A DNA stretch of 64,000 nt from Eledone cirrhosa (lineage: Eukaryota): positions 77,500,001 through 77,564,000 of the forward strand of contig OZ024746.1 in NCBI GenBank assembly GCA_964016885.1, read 5' to 3'. Each line of letters starts with the position of its first letter. Within the stretch, counting starts at the first letter, position 1. A program made the translations under genes and the position numbers. The notes below the pieces were generated by a model. It did not search any database and was not told the origin of the DNA. It was given only the letters and a program-made list of their open reading frames with translations. Positions 49,715 through 64,000 of the stretch are shown here, in pieces.

Positions 49715-51599
49715 AATACATACATGCATATTTATAATTATATATATATGTATATATATATATACATACATCTATATTTATATATATATATATGCATATA
49801 TATTTATATTTATATATATATATTTATACATACATTTATATATTTATATAGACGTGTGTGTGTGTGTGTGCATTTCTTTATATATGTACACATATATGTT
49901 TGTATGTAAGTGTGTATGAATGTACATGTGTATGTATATGTATGGTTGTACGTATGTATGTATGTATACACAACAGTTTTACTGATAGAGGCAAACAGTT
50001 GTAGGAAATAACTCTTCACTAGCCAATAGAGAAATGGGAATCTTGCCAATTGTGTAAAGCTATCGGTGTTGGGGGCAAGCGGTTGGGGGTATGTGAGAAT
50101 AATAATAAAGAACTCTGTCATAATTCCTCTTTATTAGTGTTTTGGAAACTGGTATCATTAAAAGTGTCTCCCAGGTTGGGCTCCATCCAGAAAAATTGGA
50201 AGATCTGTAGCACATTGTCCAAGTGAAGAGTTGTTTACACACTTAAGTATACACACACTCACAAAACAGATATATGCGCACGCGCGCGCGCGCGCGTGTG
50301 TGTGTGTGTCCATCCATTGTGACACATACTTAAGAAATGATCCTTAAAAGCATGTATATATATATATGTGTGTACGTTGTGTGTGTGTACATTGTGTTTG
50401 TATGTATGTACGTTGTGTGTATGTGTATGTATGTTGTGTGTTTGTGTGTGTATATATATGTGTGTGTGTATATATATATATATATGTGTGTGCATGTGAA
50501 TGTGTATATAGAGAAAAAGAGATACAATTGGATCAGGTATGGTTCAAAGCATTTTTATGAGAGCTCAGAAGATGGCCAATACAGGAGGATTATCTTCTTC
50601 CTTGCAGTAATATCTCTCATCTATTTCCTCTGTATATCATCCATGTAATAGTTCTGACTTGTTGTACTCTCTTTTCATTCTCTTCATCTCTGCCTGTCTT
50701 TTATTGAAGTCCCCCCTGGGATTGCATTATGTTTGAAGGAGCGTTTATATAGCCTGTCTTAAAAATGACTGAGCTATATTCTTTTGTCCATGGAAACATA
50801 TATTGTCTAAATTTCCACAAGCTTTTAACTCCTTTGTTACTATATGTATAATAATAATAATAACAACAACAGCAACAGCAACAACAACAGCAACAACAAT
50901 AACAACAACAACAACAAAAATGATAAAACACTGCCTATGGTTTTCAATTCATTTTGAAATTAATCAAAAATTTCAAGGGATTTAGTAACTTAACTTATTT
51001 TCTCATTTTTAATCTGCTGTTTGAAATATTTTTGAATAAAGTTCCTTGCATAAAATTATGATGGAAGGTTTTTTTTTTTTTTGTGATAAATATAAACACT
51101 TTAGAATTAACAGTTTTGTATTGTAGAACCAAGATCAGTTTTGGGGGCTCGATATCAAAAGGGTTAATGAGTCTTTTGTGGTCTCTCTCTCTCTCTCTCT
51201 CTCTCTTCAAGAATATATTTGCCAACACAATTGTAATAATAATAATAATATCTCTTATCTTCTCTCTCTCGGTGTCCTCAATGCATGATATATCTGGCTT
51301 GTTGCTCTCTCTCTCTTCTTTTCTCTGTCTTTTATTGAGGTCCCCCCTGGGATTGCATTAAGTATAAAGAAGTGTTTATATAGCCTGTCTTTAAAGTGAC
51401 TGAGTTTCATTCTTTTGTGCAAGGAAACGTATATTGTCTAAGTTTCCACATGATTATAATATCTCCCTTGTGATGCTTTTTCTCTTTCTCTTTATGGCGA
51501 CATTGTCCTTTTTCTCTTGCTCTTTGTATTTGCCAATAACAACGCAATAGTAGTAGCAGTAGTAGTAGTAGTAGTAGTAGTAGTAATGATGATAATGAC

Positions 51600-52195
51600 A
51601 GTTTCTAATTTTCGCACAAGGCCAGCAATTTTGTGGGACTAGTGAAAGTTGATTATATGGACCTGGGTATGATGTAAAGCAGAGCCCACCAAACTCTGGC
51701 TTTAACGAGTCAGAACAAATACTACTAAGGCATTTGTTTGACATTCTAATAACTCTGTCAATCCATTGCCATAATAATAATAATAATAATAATAATTGTT
51801 TCTACTTTTGGCACAAGGCCAGTAATTATTCCAGTGCATTACTGGTACTTTATTTTATCGACCCAGTAAGGATGAAAGGCAAAATTAACCTCGGCGGGAT
51901 TTGAACTCAGAATGGCAAGGGCCGTAACTCTATGCGTCAAAGCATGGTGTCCAACCCTCTACCGATACTGCCAATCCTAATAATAATGGTTTCTGATTTA
52001 AGCACAAGACCAACAAATTTTGGAGAGGGGAAAGTCAATTAAATCGACCCCAATGCATTACTGGTACTTTATTTTATCGACCCTGTAAGGATGAAAGGCA
52101 AAGCTGACCTCACCAGAATTTGAACTCAGAATGTAATGGACCATAACTATGCCACGATGCATGTTATCTGACGCTCTACTGATTCTGCCAATCCA
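51600..52195 (-). mobile_element. Three tandem head-to-tail SINE family A copies
   Basis: ~51600-51771, 51797-51977 and 51988-52195, joined by (AAT)n. Confidence 0.88.
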
Positions 52196-53236
52196 AATAA
52201 TGATAATTTTGGGGGGTGGGGGGTGTATTAAGGCCAAAAACATTCAATACAAAAGACAGAGACAGTGGGGGTATACATATAAAAGCATTTAATAATGATA
52301 ATAATAATAATAATAATATGTATTTTATTAACCACATCAGCTTACACATACAATACCATAAATGTTGTAAACATAGTGGTTACAATACTTGTGGGGCTGG
52401 ACAAAGTTGTATCAAAATGAAGCGTGGGTGACCCCCACTCACAAACAACAACTGTTTTAAGGACAGTTTCTACTGCTAAATCAGGGATTAGCCTTGTGGG
52501 TCCCACAACATGGGGTAATTTTTTTCTGGTAATGTTTTAGAGCCAAATGCCCTTCTTCGTATCAACCTTTTTTCATTGTCTCTCATGATCCACAAGGATA
52601 CAGCATAACTATTTTAGTACACATATATGAACATATGTATATATCTATATACATATATATGTACATATATATATATATATGCACACACATATATGCATTT
52701 GTCTATGCACACACTCAAGCAAGTATACATGTACTTGCACACATACACACACACACAAACACACATCCATACACATGTAACAGCATATACATACTTACTC
52801 ATGTACACACATGCATTTATGAACAAGCATACATAGATACACACACACATAAACACATACACACTCTTCACCACACCCTCTAACACACACAATCACACCG
52901 CCACATCAAATATTTTAAAAGTCTATTGCTATCTTTAATGTATCTCAATAATTCTTTCATAAAAGACTATTTACTTTATTTCACATTGGCAAATCAAATG
53001 CTACCCATAATTGATGTGGAATAATTAACATTCTGTTCTATATTGTGTTATATTGTCTCTAATTCCTGCAGCATTGCCACAGAACATCTGATGATGACAA
53101 CGAAACATACCAGAAACCCACTCACCCCAAAACGTGTTTTATTCAACTACATCCCTTCCTGCCTTCCTCTCTTGTGTCTGTTTATACATGGATATATATG
53201 TACATGTGTACAGAGGCACATGCCCATCCCCTCCTA

Positions 53237-53462
53237 TTTTTTTTTTTAATCGATCGACTTTCATAAAATCGGACCGAGGAAACAACGTTTCCGTCGGTCT
53301 TTCCAGTTGCTAGTACTATCTATCGGTCGCAACTCCAGGTAGAGGGAGCATTGGGAAATAAAGTGTCTTGCTCAAGGACATAACGCATCGCCTGGTCCAG
53401 GAATTGAACTCACAACCTCAAGATTGTGAATCCAATTCTCTAACCACTCAGCCACATGCCTC
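53237..53462 (-). mobile_element. tRNA-headed SINE with B-type head and a distinct structured poly(A) tail
   Basis: Head matches SINE-B up to cactttatttc; tail has two stem-loops then an A-run. Confidence 0.7.
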
Positions 53463-53507
53463 TCTCTCTCCCCCCTCTCTCTCTATATATATATATATAT
53501 AAAATGT

Positions 53508-53947
53508 GAAGGCGCATGGCTTAGTCGTTAGAGCATTATTGGGCTTGCAATCAAAAGGTTGTGAGTTCAATACTTGGATCGGGTGATGTGTTGTTTCCTT
53601 GAGCAAGACACTTTATTTCACATTGCTCCAGTTTACTCAGCTGTAGAAATGAAATGATAGGACTAGGGTACTTATCATTCCACTGCAAAGTGGTCATGCA
53701 GGTGCCACAGCAAAAAAGCACCCAGCCCACACTGTAAAGTAGGCGTGTAGGTGCCACGAAAAAAAAGCACCCAGCACTCATTGTAAATGAGGTTGGTGTT
53801 AGGAAGGGCATCCAGCTGTAGAAATCAAACCAGAATCAGTTCCCGTATGAGCAAGACAAGGTCAGCCGACCGGACACTGGTCACAACAGGACAACCTGTC
53901 TAACCCATGCTAGCGTGGAAGAACGGACGTAAAATGGTGATGATGAT
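53508..53947 (+). mobile_element. SINE family B, long variant
   Basis: 3' ~270 bp closely matches the RTE 3' UTR 27037-27308, including the duplicated gtgccac..aaaaaagcacccag module. Confidence 0.92.
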
Positions 53948-54066
53948 AATGCCAGCACCAACAGTTTTCCAAGACATGTCAACATGAATGGACCTGTTAT
54001 TTTTTATCTAAAGACATTTCCAATTCCAGCCTGCCCGTCCCTTCAATCTATCTTATTTCTCATTCT

Positions 54067-54104
54067 GTCTTCTGATGAAGGACTAGCGTCCGAAACGTTA
54101 AGAC
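54067..54104 (+). ncRNA. Minimal type I hammerhead ribozyme motif (Penelope-like element terminal repeat)
   Basis: gtctt-CTGATGA-a-ggac tagc gtcc-GAAA-cg-T-T-aagac: stem I gtctt/aagac, stem II ggac/gtcc, palindromic ACGT stem III. Confidence 0.75.
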
Positions 54105-54247
54105 CCTCTTCCTGCTATTTCAAGTGTTAACCTAATATATTCCTTCCATATACTGTACTGATTGTGTTGTTATTTATGTTTACCTTATACATACATACAT
54201 ACATACATACATACATACATACATACATACATACATACATACATACA

Positions 54248-54296
<49 letters not shown>

Positions 54297-54621
54297 CCAG
54301 GAGATTCCAACCAGAATGGTTGCATTTTTTAAGGGTATGTCAATATTTATTCATAAAACTAACCTATATTATATTTTATCTGATGAAAGCGCACCATAGT
54401 TTGCTCTGGTGCCCCTTGAAATATGTATAATGAAATAAATCTGGTTTTATAAATATAGTTTCCATTTGTTTAATATATCGTATATTTACTCCAATAATTT
54501 GTTGAGTGCTTTATATCAGTTCTAAAAATATTTAGCTTGTTGTATCCCAACAAATTAAATATAACTTCTATATATATATATATATATATCATTTCATCAT
54601 CATTTCATTTTACGTCCGCTT

Positions 54622-54970
54622 GGAGGCACATGGCTTAGTGGTTAGAGCATTGGCCTTGCAATCGAAAGGTTGTGAGTTCAATTCTCAGACCGGGTGATGT
54701 GTTGTTTCCTTGAGCAAGACACTTTATTTCACATTCACATTGCTCCAGTTTACTCACCTGTAGAAATGAGATGATAGGGACTGGGGTCCATATCATTCCA
54801 CTGCAAAGTGGTCGTGGAGGTGCCACGGCAAAAAAGCACCCAGCACTCACTGTAAATGAGGTTGGTGTTAGGAAGGGCATCCAGCTGTAGAAATCAAGCC
54901 AGAATCAGTTCCCGTCCCACCCTTGCAAGCAGGGAAAAGTGGACGTAAAATGAAATGATGATGATGATGA
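54622..54970 (+). mobile_element. SINE family B preceded by an inverted copy of its own tail
   Basis: Full head-to-(GAT)n copy; 54589-54621 is the reverse complement of the tail. Confidence 0.92.
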
Positions 54971-55244
54971 TATATATATAAAAGGGTTGACGTCAGCGGT
55001 ACAGGGGAAACTTGAAATGTGTGCATCCCAACGCGAATAACTATAATAATAGTTAAGAAAATCAGGTAGAGCCCCTCTGGAGATAGAAAAAAAAAAAGTG
55101 GACATAGGTGCCAGGTGTCTCTGTCAACTCGTTTCCACCTGTAGGGGTACTTTACCTGCTTTTCTCACCTAGTAACTATAGTGATAGAAACTATTAGAAA
55201 CTATTATTAAGGCTATTGGCATTGAGCTGCAGACATTTCAAATA

Positions 55245-56770
<1,526 letters not shown>

Positions 56771-57185
56771 AATGTGGGTGAGAGAAATAGATTTCAACCC
56801 CTCCCTTCCAACATCACCACCTCTACCGGCATCAATATCACCACCGCCACCACTACACCTTCTGCCCCCTCCTTCCTTTTCATTCAATTATATGTTTGCT
56901 TATCCTGTAGACATTGTTATTAGATAAAGAATGCAATGTAGTAATACAACAACAACAACAGCAACAACAGCTATAATAACAACAACAATAACAGCTGTAA
57001 TAACAACAACAACAATAACAATGAAATAACATACATATCAGATAATATTTTATGTACTTGTGTGTATCTGTGTATATCTTCTGTTTCTCTGTATTTAGCC
57101 TGACATTTGGATAATTGTCAATTTTCCTTTAGTTCTTGGAAGAAATTTATAGAAATGTGGTGTAGTTAAAGTATCTTTCTTTGTG

Positions 57186-57312
<127 letters not shown>

Positions 57313-57319
57313 ATAGATG

Positions 57320-58090
57320 TGCATTGCCTCTTTGCCGACCACCGGTCTCTGTCCAGATGCATCGACAGCATTTGGCTGTTTTAACAGCTGTTCTAGCGTT
57401 GAATTTAGCAGTGGTAACTGCTCCTCCCTGAACTTTCTCTAACCCATTCTCATTCTGGCTACTTTGCTTTCGGAACACTCTCCTCCACTGCTAATTTGGT
57501 CACCTAAGTAACAGAAACTGACCACTACTTCTACAGAGACCCCTAGGCATTTGAAGCAGCTAGTATCCTGTGGGCTTTTGCTACTCACTGCACCTTTGCT
57601 AGCCTGCCTAAGATTCCACTTCATCTCTTGTGTACCCATAGTTTGCATTTGGGACATAGAGATAGACTATCTACCTACTCCTTTTCTGCACACTGTGTAA
57701 AGCCATTTCCCTGAGGGAATCTGGACCCTATTTTCCTTTCTACATACTAGGAACTTGGTCGCTGATCAGTTAACTTTAAGACCTTTTGATTCTAGGCCAT
57801 GCTTCCAGGTTTGGAATTTCTTCTCTAATTCTGCCATAGATTCAGCTATTAGGGTTAGATCGTCTGCATACAGAGGTTCTTTTGGGCAGCTAGTCTGAAA
57901 CTCTTCTGTTACAGCCTGCAGAATGATAATAAACAGCAAAGCTCTAAGAACTGAACATTGAGGGACACCGACCTCCATGCTAAATTCTTCGCTGTAGTCA
58001 TTGTTAATTCTGATCTTGCTGAATGTTCCTCTGTACAGCCCTCACAAGCCACTCATCTACTCCTAGTTTTCTAAGAGCCCACCAGATAAT
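57320..58090 (-). pseudogene. Decayed internal fragment of the same or a related PHD-bearing RTE LINE family
   Basis: [86 protein letters not shown]; stops and frameshifts. Confidence 0.9.
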
Positions 58091-58118
58091 GATCATCATC
58101 ATCATCAACATCAATCAT

Positions 58119-58262
58119 TACAGGGTTGATAAAATAAAGCACCAGTATTACACTGGGATAATTGCTGGCCTTGTGCCAAAAGTAGAAACAATTATTTGGC
58201 AGTATTGGTAGAGCGTTGGATGCCATACTTTGCAGCATAGAGTTACGGCTCTTTATGGTCTG
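58119..58262 (+). mobile_element. SINE-A 3' half followed directly by a SINE-A 5' half
   Basis: core and tail ...gaaacaattatt, then tggcagtattggtagag...ggtctg. Confidence 0.8.
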
Positions 58263-58595
58263 TGGTAAAGGTGGTGATGATGATAGTGATAGTTATGATG
58301 ATGATAATGATAATGATGATGATGATCATGGTGGTTATGATTATGATGGCAGTTGTGATGATGATGTTAGTAATGATGGTGGTAAAGGTGGTTATGATGA
58401 TGATGATGATGATGATGGTGATAGTGATGAGTGTTAATGGTGGTAAAGGTGGTGATGATGGTGGTTATGGTGGTGATATTGATGGTTATGATGATGGTAG
58501 TGTTAGTGATGGTGGTTATGATGGTGATAGTGATGGTTATGATGGTAATAGTGATGGTAGTGTTAGTGATGGTGGTAAAGATGGTGATGATGCTA
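58262..58595. repeat. (GAT/GGT)n trinucleotide mosaic
   Basis: Direct reading. Confidence 0.9.
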
Positions 58596-58914
58596 TTGTT
58601 TAGAAATAGGGTCACAGTTTAATATGTCAATTATTGATTGGATTTTCCCAAGTCTACCTATCAGAAATCCTTAAACCTGGATTACCAATATAGGGCATGT
58701 TGCTGGAATGTATAGAAATATCTTTGAAGAATTTAAATTACCAATATAGTACATGGCGCTTGTTGCTGTGGTGATAAACCTTCTAAGAAGTTATGGTATT
58801 TATTTATTTATTTATTTATTTATCTATCTATTTAAACGTTCGTATAGAGCCAATAAGCCAGGTCAGGTGAGGAAAGGTATCTCAATACACTTTATAATTA
58901 AGGAACAAAAACAA

Positions 58915-59044
58915 AAGAGGGGTAAGTGGAAGGTGAGAGAGAGAAGGGAAACTAATCATAAGGGAAAAAGAGGGGTAAATGGAGAAGAAGAGAGAGACCG
59001 AGAAGGGAAACTAATCATAAGGGAAAAAGAGGGGTAAATGGAGA

Positions 59045-59109
<65 letters not shown>

Positions 59110-59300
59110 AACTAGTCAAAAGAAACATAAATAAGGGGAAAAGAGGGGTAAATGGAGAGGAAGAGAGAGAGAGAGAGACGGAAAACTAATCAAAAGGAAC
59201 ATAAATAAGGGGAAAAGAGGGGTAAATGGAGAGAGACAGAGAGGAGAGAGAGAAGGAAAACTAATCAAAAGGAACATATTGGGAAAAGAGGGAGTAACAA
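58915..59300. repeat. Purine-rich ~60-bp tandem repeat with variable (GA)n
   Basis: gaaactaatca..aagggaaaaagaggggtaaatggaga repeated about 5 times. Confidence 0.8.
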
Positions 59301-59384
59301 AGACAACTATGAAGCAGTTAAAAGTTATATTGACATAAAAAGTACCTACTATTTTCTTAGTAAATGTCTGTTGTGTGATTTCTC

Positions 59385-59720
59385 TGACTTTTGTTGTGTA
59401 TTTTGTGTGGTTTGTATGTGTGTTGTGTGGGTGTGTGTGTGTGTATTTTGTGTGGTTTGTATGTGTTGTGTGGGTGTGTGTATTTTGTGTGGTTTGTATG
59501 TGTTGTGTGTGTGTGTATTTTGTGTGGTTTGTATGTGTGTTGTGTGGGTGTGTGTGTGTTTTGTGTGGTTTGTATGTGTGTTGTGTGGGTGTGTGTGTAT
59601 TTTGTGTGGTTTGTATGTGTGTTGTGTGTTTTGTTTGTTTGTGTGTTGTGTGTTTTGTATGTGTTGGGGGTATGTGTGTGTTTTGTGTATGTATGTATGT
59701 ATGTATGTATGTATGTGTGT
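59385..59720. repeat. GT-rich minisatellite (tattttgtgtggtttgtatgtgtgttgtgtgg units)
   Basis: About 6 imperfect tandem copies. Confidence 0.85.
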
Positions 59721-59884
59721 GTATGTTTCATGCCATTTGTGTGTGTGTGTTCTAAACTTTGAATGGTTTCTATTTGCAATCTCCTTTTTCTTTTGTTTGT
59801 TTGTTTATTGTTTGTTGTTGCTATTATCTGTGATTGGTGAGAATACATGATTTAGAGTTGGTGTTGAACTAAAAAAATAACACT

Positions 59885-60023
<139 letters not shown>

Positions 60024-61235
60024 CACATACACAGTGAGAGAGGGAGTGACGTTCATTTAAACACACACACACGCACGTAAACACATGCACTGGCATACCG
60101 ATGTACGTGCATACACACACACATATACGCCCATATATACAGAGATAAAGAGAGAGAGACATACATTTACACACACACACACAGAGACAGAGACATGCAT
60201 CTACACACACACACACACGTATACACAGGCACACATGCACAAACACACAAGTGTGCATGCACCCGCACACACATAACAGTGATATAGAATGGTGCTGGAA
60301 TTGGGTGGGTTTTATTGTATTAGCAGTGTTGATTGTCATGAGTTGAATGTGATTATATATGGGGGGGGGGGGGTAGAAGCGAGAGACGGGGGAGGGGTGC
60401 TATACAAGTCCCCCCCCCCTCCCAATCCCTTTTAGTCAAGCTACATTATAAGCTGATTATATCTTAAGCACACAGGAGTCAGGTGGTTGGTTTGGGGTGG
60501 GGGTGGGGGGTTGAAGATCTTCAAGGTGAGAGGTAGGTAGGTTGGTGGGCTGGTGGGTTGGTGGTGCCAAGAAGGAACTTTAAGGTGATGGTGGGGAGTT
60601 AGTAGGTGAATGGCGGGGGAGAGGGGAATGCAAGGTAAACAAACAAACAAACAAAAAAATCTCCTAGCAAAAGGTGATGGTGGCATGAGTGGGTTGGTGG
60701 GTGTCTGAGTGTTTGGTATGTTGATAGTGGTTATGGTGGGGGTTAGGTAGGTGGAGTGAGGTGGTGGTGGAAGAAGGGACTTTAAGGTGATGGTTGGTTA
60801 GGGTGATGTGGAGTAGAAATGAAAGGAAACAAAAAAAAAAAAACAAACTGGTGAGGGCAAGAGGGGGGCTGGTTGATTGTGATAGTGTTGTTGGTGTTGG
60901 TGGTTGGGGGGTAGTGCTGACTGCGGATGAGGTCGGGTGGGGTGGGGGGAATGGTGGTGGTCCACAACAAAGAAACTGTGAAATTTTAAGTTGTCTAATT
61001 TTGTTATGTCAATTTGTCTGAAATGAGGAAGGAATTACCTCCTCCACTTCCACCATCACTTGCTTCCTCATATAAGAAGCTGTCAGTCAGTCAGTCATTC
61101 ACTTCCAGTTCCTCATCATCATCACCCACCACCACAATCATCACCAACATATTAGGAAGTGTCAGTAAAATATCTACTAGAGCAGGTCATCTGTTGTTAC
61201 ACCTGTATGCTGACTTCAAGTTATTTTTTATTTAA

Positions 61236-62298
61236 CCCTTTAGCATTTAAACTGGCCACATCCGGCCAGAATTCTCTCACCTCTTTCTGTTCAAACCAGC
61301 TGTAACTGGCCCCTCATACTGATGTTACGGTATTGTTCTCAAAATAAATAATATCAAAATCTCAGATTTGATATTATGTGAGATGATTATGCGAGGTAAA
61401 GCCTTTACCACAAAAATATAATCTATATATCTAAAACAGAGAATGTCTGTCTGTCTGTCTGTCTGACTTCCTAAAACTCGAGAACCACCCAACTGATTGT
61501 TTTCAAACTTTACACATGTAATACTTATGGTCTTGTGAGTGTTTTGAGCAAAGAATATTTCGAATTTTCAATGCCGTAGGGACCGCATTAGGTGATTTAG
61601 CAATCTGTCTATAATTCTTAGTCTTTCTTTTTAGATAGATACATAGCTACAACGTCGCGCCCTTATAATATCTGTCTGTATGTCTGGATTACGACATTAT
61701 GATGCTGTGTGTGTGTATATATGTATATATAGTGTGTGTGTGTGTGTATATATATATATAGTGTGTAACGTTTTTCGAAATATTTACTTCTGCGTTCACA
61801 GATTGATTTTTTTAGTTTCAGAAGATCTTGTTAAGGGTGAAAGCAGCGATTCTTTGCTTAAACTTTAATCTGTTATTTTAATATATATATATAATTATAT
61901 ATTCGTGTACAGATATTTTTGCATACACAATAACAAAATATAAACAAACGTATTTATTTCACGAGTTTTGATAAGGATAAATATATATCAAATATATAAG
62001 AACCCTAGAGCAAATCCCGAGCAACGCCAGGCCATTCTGCTAGTAGTGTGTATAATAGTATAAATAGAGTAATATAAATGCTAAAGTGTTAAACTGGCCA
62101 CATCCAGCCAGAATTCTCTCACCTCTTTCTGTTCAAACCGGCTGTAACTGGCCACTCATACTAACGTTAAGATATTCTTCTCAAAATATATGATATCAAA
62201 ATCTCATAGATTCGATATTATGTGAGATAATTATGTAAGATAAAGCCTTATCTGTGAAAATACAATAGTAAATATAGAGTAATGTAAATGCTAAAGGG
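61236..62298. mobile_element. piggyBac-type MITE P1 dimer; first unit interrupted by a Helitron-like element
   Basis: ttaa|ccctttagcattt; right TIRs end at 62088 and 62298, each followed by TTAA; the second unit lacks a left TIR. Confidence 0.82.
61422..62043 (+). mobile_element. Non-autonomous Helitron-like element
   Basis: A|TC start (tctatatatctaaaa), (GTCT)n near the 5' end, subterminal GC hairpin cccgagcaacgccagg, CTAG|T end. Confidence 0.78.
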
Positions 62299-63330
62299 TT
62301 AACACATTTGTTACCATATTTGCAATGAAATATACTGCCTATGATTTTCAAATAATTGTGAAAATAATCCATAATTTTTAGGGATTTAGTGGTATTTCTC
62401 CTGGAAGCATTTATTTTATGTACTTCAATAGTTTGTTGACTGTTAAATAGGTTCACCATCTTCTGTTAATTATATATATCAAGTAAGACAAAACAGATGT
62501 AAACTAGGTAATAAATAAAAAGCAAATTTTTCTTTCTCTTTCTTTATTCCTGTATTTATATTTATTTTTGATGTGTGCTGTATTACAATTTCTATTGATA
62601 CAATGAGGCTTTGTCTGTAGACTTTCAGTATTGTTTGAGGTTTGGAAAGAAATTGTTCCGAAATACATATATTTTAATTGATGTAGTAACAGATGAAATT
62701 CTGGATCAAATTAGATTTGTTACCTGAGGGTCTAGTGTATATATTCTGTAAATAATATCAGAGAATATAGAGAGTGATGTGTAATGATGAAATGGTGTAT
62801 TTGTAGTGTTAAGACAGTAGAGTACTTATAGATGGTCTAGAAAAATGTTCACAATGATAACAATACTGTTGTGGTTTTTATTGATTTCTCCCCCCCCCCC
62901 CCTGCATACTAGTAGAAGGCTAGAAGGCTGTCATTGCCATCAATCTAAACTATAGAACTAAAGTGAGAGTGTGTTTGGTTGTGCATGTACCATATATCTA
63001 TATATAAATTTCTGCGATTCTGTCACATGTAAAGAGAGAGGAGTAGTTTGACTACTTCATACTACTACTCTCTCTTTACGTCTGCTGTCTGCGTGAATGT
63101 ATGTGTGTAAAAGGTAGAAGGGGATGGTGGAAAAAGAACGGTGTGTGTGAGTATGTGTATGTGTGTTTGTGTAAATGTATGTTTGTGTGAATGTATGTCT
63201 GTGAGTGTGTATTTTTGTCAGTGTGTCTGTGTTTACATGTTTATATTTATATACTCATACATACAAATGTATGCATATGCACACATTATTCACATACACA
63301 TGCGTGTCTGTGTATGGAAAACAATTCTAG

Positions 63331-63472
63331 TACCCATATAAGGTCAGATTTTGGAGACTTCTTTTTATGGAGTTAACTATTACATGAAAGTTATTTTAGA
63401 AGGACTGAAATTTACAACACAATTCAAAGTACTGTATCAGTTAAATGAATACAAAATAAAACATTGAATTGC

Positions 63473-63511
<39 letters not shown>

Positions 63512-63763
63512 GATGTTTCCACACATCAAAATACACTTTCTCCTATCAAAACATAAATAAGGCTACATAGCTCTCTTAAATATGTTCACATGTGTACATC
63601 AGAAAATAATAGCATTTAGAATTATACCTTAATTCATAAATGTTGACCTGTTCCATGAAGAATGTGGGTTGACTTTTACATGAGATAGATATGTGGAAAT
63701 ATCTTTGTTGTTATTGTAAAAAAAAATAGGGCGGGGTCAACTTTTATTGGAGTATATACACTA
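63331..63763. mobile_element. Possible decayed pogo/Tc1-type MITE
   Basis: Repeated gggttgacttttac / ggggtcaacttttattggagtatatacacta resembles pogo-type subterminal repeats; the left end is poorly preserved. Confidence 0.35.
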
Positions 63764-63836
63764 TTTATTTTATTCAACATAGAGATTGGGTTGGTTTTGG
63801 CATATGTATCTATCTATCTATATATCTATATATCTA

Positions 63837-63902
<66 letters not shown>

Positions 63903-64000
63903 TATTGAAGTTTCCGTTGAAAATTGAAAGAGTCATATGAGTGAAGAGTGCTCTATGTAAGTACCAGAGCTAAATTTAATGTATAATAAACAATACAATA

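Noticed and set aside
53088-53118. Hammerhead-like ctgatga...gaaacat (also ctgacga at ~12388)
   Set aside because: Stems I and II are not supportable; may be decayed Penelope ends but cannot be shown.
61014-61235. 73-aa Ser/Pro-rich ORF as a host exon
   Set aside because: Low complexity, no recognisable homology, no convincing splice donor.

Overview
Eukaryotic, AT-rich, non-coding (intronic or intergenic) DNA dominated by microsatellites and transposable elements. The repeat repertoire resembles a coleoid cephalopod (Octopus-like) genome; this is inference, not verified. No host protein-coding gene can be supported, and nearly all ORF-track entries are translated simple repeats. Coding remnants are all transposon-derived: (1) a 5'-truncated RTE-clade LINE (24543-27308,+) whose 691-codon RT ORF carries a C4HC3 PHD-type zinc finger inside the RT C-terminal region, plus a decayed second copy (57.3-58.1 kb); (2) a near-full-length, disrupted L1/Tx1-clade LINE (30415-34719,-) with two 3' fragments inside an (ATCT)n tract; (3) an R4/Dong-like RLE retrotransposon fragment flanked by (TAA)n; (4) two Tc1/mariner remnants. 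Non-autonomous elements include two abundant tRNA-derived SINE families (called A and B here), TTAA/piggyBac-type MITEs, a Helitron-like element and Penelope-type minimal hammerhead motifs. The most notable observations are the PHD-in-RT architecture, two apparent SINE/LINE tail partnerships (A with Tx1, B with RTE), ATTAT-initiated 16-19 bp TSDs with head-to-tail stacking, a 48-bp minisatellite born inside a SINE, and a ~210-bp fold-back palindrome.
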